This document shows, piece after piece, positions 10,629 through 23,864 of a stretch of DNA of 64,000 bases. The translations under genes and the position numbers were made by a program. The notes under the pieces were generated by a model. The model did not search any database. It was not told the DNA's origin and saw only the letters and a program-made list of their open reading frames with translations. The stretch is from assembly GCA_965248355.1 (NCBI GenBank), contig OZ252098.1:5056001-5120000 (forward strand), in the 5' to 3' direction. Position 1 is the first letter of the stretch; every line of letters starts with the position of its first letter. Source of the DNA: Candidatus Latescibacterota bacterium (GTDB taxonomy: Bacteria > Latescibacterota > UBA2968 > UBA8231).

Positions 10629-10990
10629 CTTACGCGGCAACCGGGGAGCACGGAACCAGCTCCCCCGCTCCCCTGCGCGGCGCCGCGGGCCCCCTCCCGC
10701 CTGCCGCGGTTGCATGAAGCAGCTCCCCACCTGAGCGGCACCTTCCTCCCCGGAACGGCGAGGATCGTCTTCTCGCCCGGACCCCGCGCCAACCTCCCCG
10801 AGGCGGCGGGCCACGGCAACGACTGAAGCGGCACACCTCGTCGAGGGGTGCGCGAAGGCTGTCATCGACGTCCCCCGGGCCTTCGGTCTCGGGAGACGCG
10901 TGGCACCGCCCGGTGCACAAAGCACCGTGATTGGCCCGCCATCCGGCCTCGCACAAGGCCGGGCGCGGCCAGCGAGGGAGGGACGGCACC

Positions 10991-13900
10991 ATGAATGTCG
11001 ACAGAGCCACGAACCCGGATGAGCGCGAACGGATAGCGAGGCGAACGAGCTTCGGCCGCCCGACGCGCGGACCGGTCCACGGACGATCTCCCTGTCGGAG
11101 GCGGCGGCGGGGGGAGCGCCCTGCGGTCTTCGCCATCGTGCTGTCGGCGATCCTGTCCTGCATCGCGGCGCCCGCGGCGCACTCCCAGAACCCGACCCCG
11201 GGGTGGAACTCCGAGCTTGCGATAGGTGAAGTTCCGGGGACGGTGGAGGTGAGCACGAGCTCGTTGAGTCTGAAACCGGGAGAGTCCGTCTCCTACAGCT
11301 TTAGGCTGACCAGGCAACCCACGGGCGACGACTGGTGGGTCAGAGTGTTCGTCGACGGCGCGGTGCGCATCAATGGCGTGTATGATGTCGACGGCGATAG
11401 CGCGGATGACATTCGGTGGGTGCCGTCGGTCGGCTGGGAGTTCGATCAGGACAACTGGGACCAGTGGCGAACGATCAGGGTAACGTCATTGAGTGACGCC
11501 GTATTGACCAAGAGGGTGCAGTTCGACCACGACGTGTGGGATCACACCAACAACTGCCCGGTACACGGAGTTGGGGTCGTAGCGGTAAGTGGCGGCGACC
11601 CCACCGACGATTCGAGGATATCCGTCTCCTTCGACCGATCCAGCTACGAGGCGGCCGAAGGCGGAGATCCCGCCACGGTGGCGGTGGTGCTGGGCTCGGC
11701 TTCGCAGGACAGGGTGGTGATTCCTATCGGCACTTCGGGGCTGGACGGCGCGTCGTCGTCGGACTACTCGGCTCCGTCGAGCGTGACCTTCCAGTCGGGC
11801 GAGACCCGCCAGAGCTTCACGGTGACGGCTACGGACGATGGGGTCGACGACGATGACGAGAGCGTGGAGTTGACCTTCGGGAGGCTGCCCACGGGGTTCG
11901 GTCCCGGCAGCCGTGCGGAAGCCACGGTGAGTCTCATCGACGACGACGATCCCGAGGTATCGGTGTCCTTTGACCAGTCGAGCTACGAGGCGACCGAGGG
12001 AGGGGCGGCGGCGACGGTGGTGGTGGAACTGAGCGCCGATCCCGAGCGCACCGTGACGATCCCCATAGACGCCACGCCTATCGGCAACGCCTCTACCTCG
12101 GACTATTCAGGGATTCCGTCGAGCGTGACCTTCCGGTCCGGCGAGCAGCAGAAGAGCTTCACGGTGATGGCCGCGGACGATGCGGTGGATGACGATGGTG
12201 AAAGGGTCCGGATGAGCTTCGGGACCCTGCCGGACAGCAGGGTCTCTTCGGGCAGCCCCTCGACGGCGACCGTGACCATCACGGACGACGACGACCGCGG
12301 CGTGGAGGTGTCCCCCACTACCCTGAGGATCGACGAGGGCGAGACCGGCGACTACACGGTGGTGCTGACCTCGCAGCCGACGGTCGAGGTGACGGTGACG
12401 GTGAGCGGGGAGTCGGGAGACGTGTCGGTGGAGTCGCCGGCCGGCAAGGTGCTCACCTTCACGACGAACACCTGGAACCGCAGGCAGACGGTGAGGGTGA
12501 GGGCGGCGGAGGACACCGACACCGACGCCGATGACCAGGTGGTGCTGAGGAACGACGTCAGCGGCGGCGACTACACCGGCCAGTCGGCGGACAACGTGAC
12601 GGTGATCGTCATCGAGGACGACGCTTCGACGGTGTCCGTGGATGACGTGCGCGCCTCGGAGAGTGTGGGCGACATGGTCTTCACGGTGACCCTGAGCAAG
12701 GCCATCAACGAGGTCGTGTCGGTGCCCTATGCCACCTCGAACGGGACGGCGTCCAGCCCTTCGGACTACACGACCGGGAACGGGACGCTGGAGGTTCCCG
12801 CCAACAGCCGGCAGCGGACGATCCGTGTGCCCATTGTCGCCGATGCGGTCGACGAGGAGGACGAGACCTTCACGGTGAGGCTGACCAAGCCAACGAACGC
12901 GCTGCTGGCTGGAGGCGGGTCAAACCTGTCCGTCACGGGAACGATCGTGGACGATGACACGCGCGGTGTGAGGGTTAGCCCGACCACGCTGGGGGTGAGG
13001 AAAGGCGGAACCGGTTCCTACACCGTGGTACTGACCTCGCAGCCTACGGCCGACGTGACGGTAACGGTCTCCGGGCATTCCGGTACGGATGTCTCCGTGG
13101 AGGACGAGACGCAGCTGACCTTCACAACGGATACCACGGATCCCAATGACTGGCAGACGGCGCAGACCGTGACGGTGACCGCGGCCGAGGATGCGCCCGA
13201 CGGCCTGGTGGTGCTCAGGCATACGGTCAGCAGCAGCGGCGACTATGCCAACGAGTCCGCGTCCGACGTGACGGTGACGGTCTCCGCCAGCGGCGGCGGA
13301 CGAGGTGGTGGTGGCGGCGGTGGCGGCGGTGGGGGTGGAGGCGGGGGCGGGGGCGGCGACGACTCCCCCGAATCCCGGTTCACCGGGAAGGTGGTCCTCG
13401 CGTCCCTGGATGCGGACAGCTACACGGTGGCCGAGGGCGAGAGCGTGACCATAACGGTGCGGCTGAACGACAAGCCCGAGCGCGAGGTGAAGATCGGGCT
13501 GGGGGTGCGCCACCAGAAGGGTGTGGGATCGGCCGACTACTCGGGGGTGCCGAAGAGCATCACCTTCGCCGCCGACGAGACCGAGAAGAGCTTCGACTTC
13601 TCCGCCACCCGGGACGTCGACGACGACGACGGGGAGCGGGTCCTCCTCCGCCTGGCGGGACTGCCGCTGGGCGTGCGCGCCGGCGCCCACACCCTGGCCA
13701 CGGTGGAGATCCTCGACAGGGAGCCCGCGTCCATGGCCGTCTCCTTCGACCAGGCCGGTTACGAGGTCTCCGAGGGCGACAGCGTGCAGGTGACGGTGCG
13801 CTTGACTCCCGCTTCGGAGGAGGCGGTGGAGATCCCGCTTACGGCGGAGCCGGGCATGGGGGCCGAAGCCGCCGACTATTCGGGCATCCCGCCAAGTGTG

Positions 13901-16900
13901 ACCTTCGCGCCGGAGGAGACGGAGCAGTCCTTCTACCTGCAGGCCGCGGCCGACGAAGAGGCCGACGACGGCGAGACGGTGGTGCTCGGTTTCGGGACGT
14001 TGCCCGGCGCGGTGGCGGCGGGCGATCCCGCCACGGCGACGGTGGCGCTCCAGGATCGCCCGGTGGAGGTGCCCGTTGACCCGGTAGAGGTAGAGGTGTC
14101 CTTCGACCAGGTGCGCTCGGAGGCTTCCGAGGGCGACGAAGCGGTCGGGTTCACGGTCCTTCTGAGCGCGGCCAGTGATCGCGAGGTGACGGTGGAATAC
14201 GCCACCTCGGCGGGCACGGCCACGGCGGGGGCCGACTACGAGGACACGACCGGTACGCTGCGGTTCCCGGCCGGGACGACGGAGTTGCCTCTCCAGGTGC
14301 CGGTCATCGACGACGACGTGGACGAGGCGGAGGAGACCTTCACCATCGTCTTGCGGGATCCCTCCAACGCCACCATCGACGCTGGTGAGGCGACGGGTGT
14401 GATCGCGGACGACGACCTTCCCGTGGTGAGCCTCGCGGCGGCCGACTCGTCCGTGGCCGAAGGAGAAACGGTGACCTTCACCCTGACACGGGTCGGCGAC
14501 CTGACGGTGCCCCTGCAGGTGCCGGTGCAGGTAACGCAGATGGGGGACTTCCTCGCGGCCGAGCCGCCGGCCGAGGCCGCCTTCTCAGCGGACGAGGGCG
14601 CCGCGACTCTGGAGGTCTCGACGGTGGACGACGCCGTGGACGAGCCGGACGGTTCGGTGTCGGCGGCGGTCGCGGCGGGCGAGGCTCACAGGGTGGGTGG
14701 GGGCGCGGCGGCCACGGTAGCCGTGACCGACGACGATGACCGTGGGCTGATGGTGACGCCCATGTCCCTGACCGTTGGAAGAGGGGGACAGCGCCGCCTT
14801 CACCGTGGCCCTGACCTCGGAGCCGACGGAGGACGTGACGGTCGTCCTGGAAACGCCGGAGGGATCGGAAGTCACCGTCGACGTGACGGAGCTGACCTTC
14901 ACGCCCGAGAACTGGCGGGACCCGCGGAGCGTGACGGTGACCGCGGGTCAGGACGACGACGCCGTGGTCGATGATGCGGAGCAGGTGACAATCTCGGTCA
15001 GCGGCGGCGACTACGACGGTCTGTCCGCGCCCGGCGTCGAGGTGTCGATCACCGAGGACGACGCGCGGGGCGTGTCGGTGTCCTCCGGGACGTTGACCGT
15101 CTCGGAGGGGGACTCGGCCAGCTACGAGGTGGTCATGGATTCGGAGCCCGCGGGCGAGGTCGAGGTGACGGTGGAGGTTCCGGAGGGCTCGGACCTCGAG
15201 GTGTCGCCCACGGAGCTGACCTTCACGCCGGAGAACTGGGAGGAGCCGCAGAAGGTGACCGTAACGGCCCTCCCGGACGACGATGCGGTACCCGACGATC
15301 CGGTCGTGCTGACCCATTCGGCCAGCGGCGGCGACTACGTGGAGGTGTCCGGGGACGGAGTCGAGGTGTCGATAGGCGAGACCGACAGGCCCGGGGTCTC
15401 CTTCTCGGTGGATGCGCTGACCGTGCCCGAAGGCGGTACCGGCAGCTACACGATCGGGCTGGACACGGAACCCGCGGGCGACGTCACCGTGGCCGTGGAG
15501 GTCCCCGAAGGGGCCGAAATCTCCGTGGACGTCACCGAGCTGACCTTCACGCCGGAGAACTGGCGCGAACCGCAAGAGGTGACGGTGACGGCGGCGGCCG
15601 ATGACGACGCCGTGGTCGACGAGGCCGTGACCTTGACCCATACGGTCAGCGGCGGCGACTACGTCGATGTCTCCGTCGCCGATGTCGAAGTCTCCATCAA
15701 CGAGAGCGACAGGCAGGGGGTGTCGCTGTCGGCCGAGACCTTGACGGTGGCGGAAGGCGGTACCAGCAGCTACACGATCGTGCTCGACTCCGAACCAGCG
15801 GGTGAAGTCACGGTCACGGTGCAGGTCCCCGAAAGGCCCGAGGTCTCCGTGGACGTCACCGAGCTGACCTTCACGCCGGAGAACTGGCGCGAACCTCGGA
15901 GGATCACCGTGACGGCGGTGGAGGATGAGGACGCGGTGGTCGACGAGGCGGTGACGTTGACCCACGTGGTCAGCGGCGGCGACTACGACGACGTCTCCGT
16001 CTCCAGCGTCGAGGTCTCCATCGCCGAGAGCGATACGCCCTTGTTGTCGATTGCCGGCGGCTCCGCGGGCGAGGGCGACGGCGCCATGGACTTCGCGGTG
16101 GAGCTGAGCCTGGCCAGCAGTCTCGAGGTGACGGTGCGATACGCCACTTCGGAGGGTACGGCAACGGAGGGAGCCGACTACGAGGGGACCACCGGGACCC
16201 TGACGTTCCCCGCCGGGACCACGGAGCAGTCCTTCCAGGTGCCGATCCTGGACGACGAGGTCGACGAGGCGGAGGAGAGCTTCCGCGTCGCCCTGAGCGA
16301 GGCCACGAACGCGGCCATTGGCGGCACCGGCCAGGCGACGGGTGTGATCGCCGACGACGATCTGCCGGTGGTGGTGATCGCGGCGGACCAGGCGTCGGTC
16401 GTCGAAGGGACGACGGCCGCCTTCACGCTGACCCGCGCCGGTGATCTGAGCGCAGCCCTTCGGGTGCCGGTGCAGGTGGAGCAGGAGGGTCTCTTCCTCG
16501 CGGGTGACGCACCGTCCGAGGCGGCCTTTGCCACCGGAGAACAGACGGCGGCCCTGGCGCTGGCGACGACGGATGACGAAGTGGACGAGGCCGATGGTTC
16601 CCTGTCGGTCCGGGTCGCCGAGGGGACGACGTACCGCATCGGCGAAGCGGCGGCGGCCGCGGTGGCGGTGACCGACGACGACGAGCGCGGCGCAACGGTG
16701 GCGCCGGCGGCGCTGACGGTGGGCGAGGGAGAGCGTGAAGCCTACACCGTGGTGCTGACCTCGGAGCCGACGGCGGCGGTGACGGTGACGGTGGAGCTGC
16801 CGGACGAATCGGACGTCTCGGTCGATGCCGGTGAGCTGACCTTCACCGTGGAGAATTGGGGAGAGGCGCAGACCGTCACCGTGACCGCGGCCCAGGATGA

Positions 16901-19900
16901 CGACGCCGTGGTGGACGGGGCGGTGACCTTGAGCCACGCGGTCAGCGGCGGCGACTACGACGGCGTGTCAGCCGCCGATGTCGAAGTCTCCATCACCGAG
17001 GACGACACCCGGGGCGTGACGGTCTCTGTCGAGGCGTTGACGCTGGCCGAGGCGCCTCCGGCAGCTACACGATCGTGCTGAAGACGGAGCCGGCGGAGGC
17101 GGTGACGGTGACGGTGGAGCTGCCGGACGAATCGGACGTCTCGGTCGATGCCGGTGAGCTGACCTTCACCTCGTCGAACTGGGGAGAGGCGCAGACCGTG
17201 ACCGTCACGGCGGCTGCGGATGCCGACGCCGTGGCCGACACTCCCGTGACCGTGACTCACGCGGTCAGCGGCGGCGACTACGACGGGGCCACCGCAACAA
17301 GCGTGGCCGTCTCGATCACGGAAGACGATACCCCCGCCGTCTCGGTATCCACGGCGGCGTTGACGGTGGCCGAAGGCGATGCCGCCGGCTACACGGTGGT
17401 GCTGGAGACCGAGCCCGCGGGCCAGGTCACCGTGGCCGTGGAAGTCCCGGAGGGGACGGATCTGTCGGTGTCGCCGCCGTCGCTGACCTTCACGGCCGCT
17501 GATTGGAGCCAGCCGAAGGAGGTGACGGTCACGGCGGCCGAGGACGACGACGCGGTGGCGGACAGTACGGTGATGGTGACCCACACCGTCAGCGGCGGCG
17601 ACTACGACGGGGTCAGCGCAAGTGGTGTCGCCGTCTCGATCACCGAGGACGATACGCCCGGTGTGAAGGTGTCGGCCGACTCGCTGACGGTGGCGGAGGG
17701 CGGCACCCGCGGCTACACGGTGGTGCTGGAGACGGAGCCGGCGGACGCGGTCACCGTGGCGGTCATGGTGCCGGCCGGCGCCGAGGTCTCGGCGTCGCCG
17801 TTGGAGCTGACCTTTACGGCGGCTGACTGGCGCCAGGCGCAGAGGGTGACCGTATCCGCGGCCCAGGACGACGACGCCGTGACCGATCCCCCGGCGCGGC
17901 TGGGACACTCGGTCAGCGGCGGCGACTACGGCGGAGTATCGGCCGCCGGCGTGGTGGTGTCGGTCACCGAGGACGACACGCCCGGGGTCGCGGTCTCCGT
18001 CGAGGCGCTGACCGTGGCCGAAGGCGGGAGCAGCGGCTACACGGTGGCGCTGGAGACGGAGCCGGCGGACACGGTCACGGTGGCCGTGCAGGTGCCGGCC
18101 GGCGCCGAGGTCTCGGCGTCGCCCCGGGCCCTGACCTTCACGGCCGCCGACTGGCGCCAGGCCCAGAGGGTGGCGGTCACCGCGGCCGAGGACGAGGACG
18201 CCGTGGTCGATGCCCCCGTGACCCTGACCCACGCCGTGAGCGGCGGCGACTACGACGGGCTCTCCGCGGACGGCGTGAAGGTCTCGGTCACCGAGGACGA
18301 CAGGCCCGCCCTGACGATCGCCGACGCGACCGCCCCGGAAGAGGCCGATTCCATCTCCTTCGCCGTGACCCTGAACCTGCCCAGCAGCCTCGAGGTGAGG
18401 GTGAACTGGGGGACCGCCGGCGGCACGGCCACCGAGGGGGCCGACTACGAAGGGCGCAACGGCACCCTGCGCTTCGATGCCCTCCAGACCGTCCGGACCG
18501 TCACCGTGCCCTTGCTGGACGACGCCCTCGACGAAGCCCCGGAGAGGTTCACGGTCACTCTGAGCAACCCGTCCAACGCCATCGTGGCCGACGGCGCGGC
18601 CACGGGCACGATCACCGACGACGACGCCGCCCCGGCCCTGACCATCGCCGACGCCACGGCTCCCGAAGGCGACGGGACGATCTCCTTCACCGTCTCCCTG
18701 GGGCGGTCAGCAGCCTCGAGGTCAGCGTGGACTGGAAGACCTCGGACGGCACCGCCGCGGCGGGGAAGGACTACACGGCGTTCTCCGGCACCCTGACCAT
18801 CCCGCCGGGCGAGCTGGAGCAGGCCATCGCCGTGACCCTGTTCAACGACGCCCTCGACGAGGAGGACGAGACCATCGCCGTCTCTCTCGGCAACCCGGTC
18901 AACGCGACCGTGGCCGACGGCACGGCGGAGGGCACCATCGTCGACGACGACGTCTCCCTGGAGAAGGCCTGGCTGGCGCGCTTCGGGCGGACCACGGCCA
19001 GCCAGGTGATGGACGCCCTCTCCGACCGCCTGCGGAACCGGACACGCCGGAGCGGGTACTTCACCCTGGACGGCCGGCAGGTGTCACTGGGCGGGCGGGG
19101 GGCGGCGGACGGGATGCCCGGCGCGGACATGTCCATGACGGACCGCGGGTTCCAGGGTCGCGGCCTCTCCGTCTCCGATGCCGGGTCCCCCTCCCACGGC
19201 CTGAGGCGCACCTCGCTCGCCGATCTCCTGTCCCGCAGCTCCTTCCTCATCTCGTCGGGCGGGGATGCGGACAGCACCGGACGGGAGGGCCGCTGGACGG
19301 CCTGGGGCCGGGGGGTGACGACGAACTTCAAGCACGACTCCCCCGACCTGTGGCTGAAGGGCGGCGCCATCACCAGCCTGATCGGCATCGACTGGCAACG
19401 GAACCGCATGCTGGCCGGCCTGGTGATGGCCCACAACCTGGTCATGGGCGAGTACGACATGCCCACCGCCGAGGAGTCGGTCCGCCGGGACGACCTGGAC
19501 AACCACCTGGCCAGCATGCACCCCTACGTCCACTATGCCCTGAGCGAGCGGCTCTCGGTGTGGGGCGTGCTGGGCTACGGCCGCGGCCTCATGGGGAAGA
19601 GCACGGGCGCGCCTCGAGGGGCATCGGCATGCGCATGGGCGGGCTGGGTGTGCGCGGCGCCCTCGGGACCCCCGAGAGGCTGCGCTCCTTCGACCTGGCG
19701 GTGAGGTCCGACGCCTTCTGGGTGAGGATGGACGCGCCCGAGACGCCGGACCGGCCGGAGGTGGAGGCCACCTCGAGCCGCGTGCGCCTGGCCCTGGAGG
19801 GGGCCCGCGAGTTCGTCCTGAGCTCGGGCCGGACCCTGTCACCGTCCCTGGAGCTGGGCCTGCGCCAGGACGGCGGCGATGCCGAGAAGGGCACGGGGAT

Positions 19901-20390
19901 GGAGGTCGGCGGCGCCCTGGGCTACACCGACCCCGACCGGGGCCTGTCCCTGCAGACCAAGGCCCGCAGGCTGCTGGCCCACCGGGACAAGGGCTACGAG
20001 GAGTGGGGCGTGGCCGGCTCCTTCACCTTCGATCCGGGCGCCTTGGACGAGGGGGTGTCGCTGCGCCTGGGGTCCTCCTGGGGGGCGGCCTCGAGCGGGA
20101 TCGATCGTCTCATGGGGCCCCCGGGGCCGGAGTCGCCGCCGGGGTCCCCCGAGGCGCAGCCGGGCCGCGCGCTCAACGCCGAGGTCGGCTACGGCCTGGC
20201 GGCGCTGGGCGGCGTGCTCACACCGTATGCCGACGTGGGGATGTCGGGCCGCGGCCAGCGCACCTGCCGCCTGGGCTGGCGTCTGCAGGTCGAGCAGAAC
20301 CTGCGGGTGGAGGTGGCCGGCGGCCGCCGCGAGCACGCCGCCGCCGGGCCCGCCCACGAGATCCGCGTGCGCGCCACCTTCGACTGGTAG
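10991..20390 (+). CDS. Giant Calx-beta/cadherin-like repeat adhesin with C-terminal autotransporter barrel; four frameshifts (~14775, ~17051, ~18702, ~19615)
   Basis: Consecutive ORFs 10931-14974, 14775-17081, 17075-18796, 18727-19704, 19350-20390 continue the same repeat types; 'AWLARFGRT..Q' helix and 'LELGLRQDGGDAEKGTGMEVG' barrel; ends in W. Confidence 0.85.
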
Positions 20391-20564
20391 CCCGGAAGTC
20401 CGGGCGGCCGCCGGCCGCCCGGGCAGGCGTCTGCGGGTCGCAGTCGAACCTGCGCCTGACCGGCGTCCCCCGCGAGCACCCGGCCGGGCGCCTGCCCGCC
20501 GGGTCCGCCTGCGAGCCAACCTGAACCGGCAGCCGGTCCGGCGCCCGGCGGCATCCGCAGGTGA

Positions 20565-21890
20565 CTAGGCGCCGCCAGCGTCTGGAGATCCCCCGGTCCG
20601 GGCGGCGCGGGCCCCTGCCCGCTCGTCGACCCGGAGCAGCAGCGCCCCGCCCACCACGAAGAAGATCACCAGCGAGACGATGCCGAGGCGGCCGCCCCCC
20701 GTGAGCTGGCTCACCACCCCGAAGACCAGGGGGCCGAAGATCCCGGCGAACCGGGAGCTGGTGCTGTAGAACCCGAAGAACTCGGCCGACCTCTCCGGCG
20801 GGATCATCGAGACGTAGAGGGAACGGCTCAGGGCCTGGGTGCCTCCCTGCACGAGGCCGACCATGGCCGCCAGGATGTAGAAGTGCAGGGCCGTCTGCAT
20901 GAAGTATGCGCCCACGGTCATCAGCAGGTAGACCCCCAGTCCGGCGAGGATCGACCTCTTGGTGCCCAGGACCCCCGCCAGCCTGCCGAAGAGGAAGGTG
21001 CAGGGGATGCCGACGAACTGGGTCAGGATCAGCGCCGTGATCAGGTCGTTGCGGCCGATGCCGACCTCGTCCCCGTAGGCGATGGCCATCTTGATGATCG
21101 TGCCGATGCCGTCGTTGTAGAGCCAGAAGGCGGCCAGGAAGAGCAGCAGCTGACGGTAGCGGCGCACCTCGCGAAAGGTCTCCGCCAGGCGCGCGAAGGC
21201 ATCGCCCAAACGGGGCTGTTCCCGGCCGTCGCCGGCGCGCGGTTCCTCGACGCGGCGCATCAGCGGCACCGTGAAGAGGGCCCACCAGACGGCGACGCTG
21301 AAGAAGGTCAGGCGCAGGGCGAACCCGGTGCCGGGCAGCAGGAACCAGCCGGGGTGCATGATCCAGAGCAGGTTGACGATCAGGAGGATGCCGCCGCCGA
21401 TGTAACCCATGGCGTAACCGTGCGTCGAAACGCGGTCCACGTCGCCGGGGCGCGCCACGTGGGGCAGCAGCGACTCGTAGAAGATGTTGCCGGCGGCGAA
21501 GCCGATGTTGCCGGCGATGAACAGCACCGACCCCAGGATGTAGTCGTCGTCCCCGAGGAAGACGAAGAGGGCCGAGGCGCAGACCCCGAGGCCGGCGAAG
21601 AAGGCGAGGAACCGTTTCTTGCTGCGGGCCTGGTCGCAGTACGATCCGAGGACCGGACCGATGGCGGCGACGATGAGCAGGGCCAGGGAGGTGGTGTACG
21701 CCCAGGCCGCGGTGGCGTCGGTCTCCCCGAGGCCGGCGGTGGTCGCCATGGACCGGTAGAAGAGGGGGAAGACGCCGGCCATGATGGTGGTGGCGAAGGC
21801 CGAGTTGCCCCAGTCGTAGAGGCACCAGGCGTTGACCGTCCTCCGGTAGTGGCGGTCGTCGCTCCGTCCGGCGGCGGCGGACCCGGCCAT
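20565..21890 (-). CDS. MFS transporter (UMF1/Atg22-like)
   Basis: AWCLYDWGNSAF, YNDGIGT, QGGTQALSRS..EFFGFY; about 12 TM segments. Confidence 0.9.
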   Translation of the reverse strand: MAGSAAAGRSDDRHYRRTVNAWCLYDWGNSAFATTIMAGVFPLFYRSMATTAGLGETDATAAWAYTTSLALLIVAAIGPVLGSYCDQARSKKRFLAFFAGLGVCASALFVFLGDDDYILGSVLFIAGNIGFAAGNIFYESLLPHVARPGDVDRVSTHGYAMGYIGGGILLIVNLLWIMHPGWFLLPGTGFALRLTFFSVAVWWALFTVPLMRRVEEPRAGDGREQPRLGDAFARLAETFREVRRYRQLLLFLAAFWLYNDGIGTIIKMAIAYGDEVGIGRNDLITALILTQFVGIPCTFLFGRLAGVLGTKRSILAGLGVYLLMTVGAYFMQTALHFYILAAMVGLVQGGTQALSRSLYVSMIPPERSAEFFGFYSTSSRFAGIFGPLVFGVVSQLTGGGRLGIVSLVIFFVVGGALLLRVDERAGARAARTGGSPDAGGA

Positions 21891-21892
21891 GG

Positions 21893-23063
21893 TCAGAACA
21901 TCTGCCCGAAGGTGAGGTAGAGGCCCGTCCCGGCGCCGGCCCGGCCGTAGTCGGCGCGCACGATCGTGCTCTGCCAGCGGCCCCGCAGCCCCAGCCCCAG
22001 CCCGTGCCGCCAGCGGCCGAGGGCCGACAGGGCGCCGCCGCCGAAGACCCGGCCGGCGTCGGCGAAGGCGAGGGCGCCGAGGTACATGTTCTCCCGGGCG
22101 GAGAGGCGCATCCCCCGCCAGCGCAGCTCCCCGTTGAGGAGCACCCGGCTGCCGCCGCGGTCCCGCCCCCGCACGAGGCCGCGGACCGTGTCGCCGCCCC
22201 CCACCTCGGGCCATTCGTAGAACGGAAGGTGTCCCGCGGTCCAGTCGAGGGCGAGCCGGTGGGCGACCACCAGTCCGGAGAGAGGGGCGGCGAAGTGCCG
22301 GTGCTCGAAGCGGGCGGTGATCCCGTCGTAGTCGCCGCCGCCGCCGTACTCGAGGAGCAATTCCTCCAGCAGGCCGGTGGAGGCGTCGTTGTAGTCGTCC
22401 CGCGTGTCGTAGCGCAGGGAGGCGTTGACCTGGCCCAGGACGCCGCCGTCGATGCCGGGGGGACCGGCCTCGGCCAGGACGCTGCCGGCGCCGGCGTTGG
22501 GGGTGAGGCCGGCCCGGCTCAAGCGGCCCCCCAGTCCCAGGCCCCACGGGGCCGGCGCGGTGCTCGCCGGCCCCAGGCGCCGGATCCACCGCAGCTCGAT
22601 CGAGGGCAGGGTGCGCTGGAAGGTCTTCTGGTCGCGGCTCAGGCGGCGGGCCTCCCCTTCGGTGAGGGCGCCGTAGTAGTTGGCGAAATCCTCTTTCTCG
22701 AAGAGCAGGGCCATCTCGAAACGGTCGTCGCCGCCGCGGAACCGCGGCGTGTCCATCGCCAGGTGGTGCACCCACCGGCCCCCGCTGGTGAAGAACAACT
22801 GCGCCGAGTACTTGCGGCGATAGGGGATGGTGCGGCCGTCGTACTCGTAGAGACTGGCGCGCAGGCCGTACCCGACGCCGTCGTCGGAGCTGAAGTTCAG
22901 CAGCGGGATCGCCGTGGGCCTCCGGCCGGTGGCCTCGTGGGGAGAGGCCGCCTCGCTCGCAGGCGTCGGCAGCAGGGCCGCGGCCAGGGCCCCGGCCCAC
23001 AGCAGGCCCGCCTTCGGCCCGCGGGGCGGGAGCCTCCCGGGGTGGCGGGCGCCGCACCGCAGA
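21893..23063 (-). CDS. BamA/TamA (Omp85) family outer-membrane protein, start uncertain
   Basis: YDTRD, GG..VRG, NGELRW, FADAGRV, GLGLR, RADYG, C-terminal GQMF. Confidence 0.75.
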
Positions 23064-23094
23064 CGAGCCCCGCGACTGTCCGTGCCGTCCAATC

Positions 23095-23505
23095 TCAGCT
23101 CCCGGCGTGCGAGCGGAACCAGTCGGCGAGCGCGGCTTCCTCGATGTTGCCGGCGGCGACGCCTTCCATGATGCGGATTGCGTGCAGAGGCTCGAACTCG
23201 AGGCATCGTCCGTTGTCGGCCAGGAACAGGCGGGCGACTACCCAGGCCGTGCGCTTGTTGCCGTCGATGAAACCGTGGTTCCTGGCCAGAGCCCAAGCGC
23301 AGGCCGCGGCCAACTCCGCCGCATCCGGATCTCCGTAGCGCGCGAGGTTCACGGGACGGGCCAGGGCGGACTCGACCATCCCCAGGTCGCGGATCCCATC
23401 CAGTCCCCCGTGCTCGGCGAGTTGACGGTCGTGGATCGCCAGGACGACGGAGCTGTCGACCCAACGCCACGACGGCGGCGCCCCGGAATCCCCCCCGGGG
23501 TTCAT
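23095..23505 (-). CDS. doc: Doc (death-on-curing) family toxin
   Basis: HGGLDGIRD..ESALARP and Fic/Doc motif NHGFIDGNKRTA. Confidence 0.92.
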   Translation of the reverse strand: MNPGGDSGAPPSWRWVDSSVVLAIHDRQLAEHGGLDGIRDLGMVESALARPVNLARYGDPDAAELAAACAWALARNHGFIDGNKRTAWVVARLFLADNGRCLEFEPLHAIRIMEGVAAGNIEEAALADWFRSHAGS

Positions 23506-23729
23506 TTTGCCAGCGCCCGCAGCACCTCACGGTCGTCGTGCATGATCTCTTCGGCCAGTGCGAACTGGCGAGCGAACTCCGGGTCGTAGGGGGTGATCCG
23601 GTATCCGCCGTCCGGCGCTTCGGTCAGATAGAGCGTGTCGCCCTTCCTGACCCTGAGCTGCGCCATCGCGGCCTTTGTGAGGATGATCCCGGACGACGCG
23701 CCAACTGTGGTCACTTTGAAGGAAAGCAC
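23502..23729 (-). CDS. AbrB/MazE/SpoVT-family antitoxin
   Basis: VGASSGIILTK..LRVRKGDTLYLTE..YDPEF..REVLRALAK; ATGA overlap with doc. Confidence 0.88.
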   Translation of the reverse strand: MLSFKVTTVGASSGIILTKAAMAQLRVRKGDTLYLTEAPDGGYRITPYDPEFARQFALAEEIMHDDREVLRALAK

Positions 23730-23740
23730 TCCTACACCTC

Positions 23741-23764
23741 CAATGTTACGGTCAATGTTACGGT
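23741..23764. promoter_or_regulatory. Tandem direct repeat upstream of the TA operon, candidate operator
   Basis: CAATGTTACGGT x2 exact, in an AT-rich patch just upstream of the antitoxin start. Confidence 0.5.
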
Positions 23765-23864
23765 GCTGCCATATAATAGAGGTTATATACCGCAAGCGCG
23801 CCAGCCTCCAAACGACAACGCTCACCGCCGCCGCATCGGTTCAGGCCGCCGCTCTCTTCCGGTC

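Noticed and set aside
6020..10925. Long antisense/alternate-frame ORFs (e.g. 6020-8728, 8694-10925; also 14478-16937, 24971-27256)
   Set aside because: Shadow ORFs of high-GC genes with Arg/Pro/Gly-rich, motif-less translations
20391..20564. GC-rich inverted repeats between the adhesin and MFS genes as a possible ncRNA/REP
   Set aside because: No second copy or recognisable motif; expected at this GC content between convergent genes
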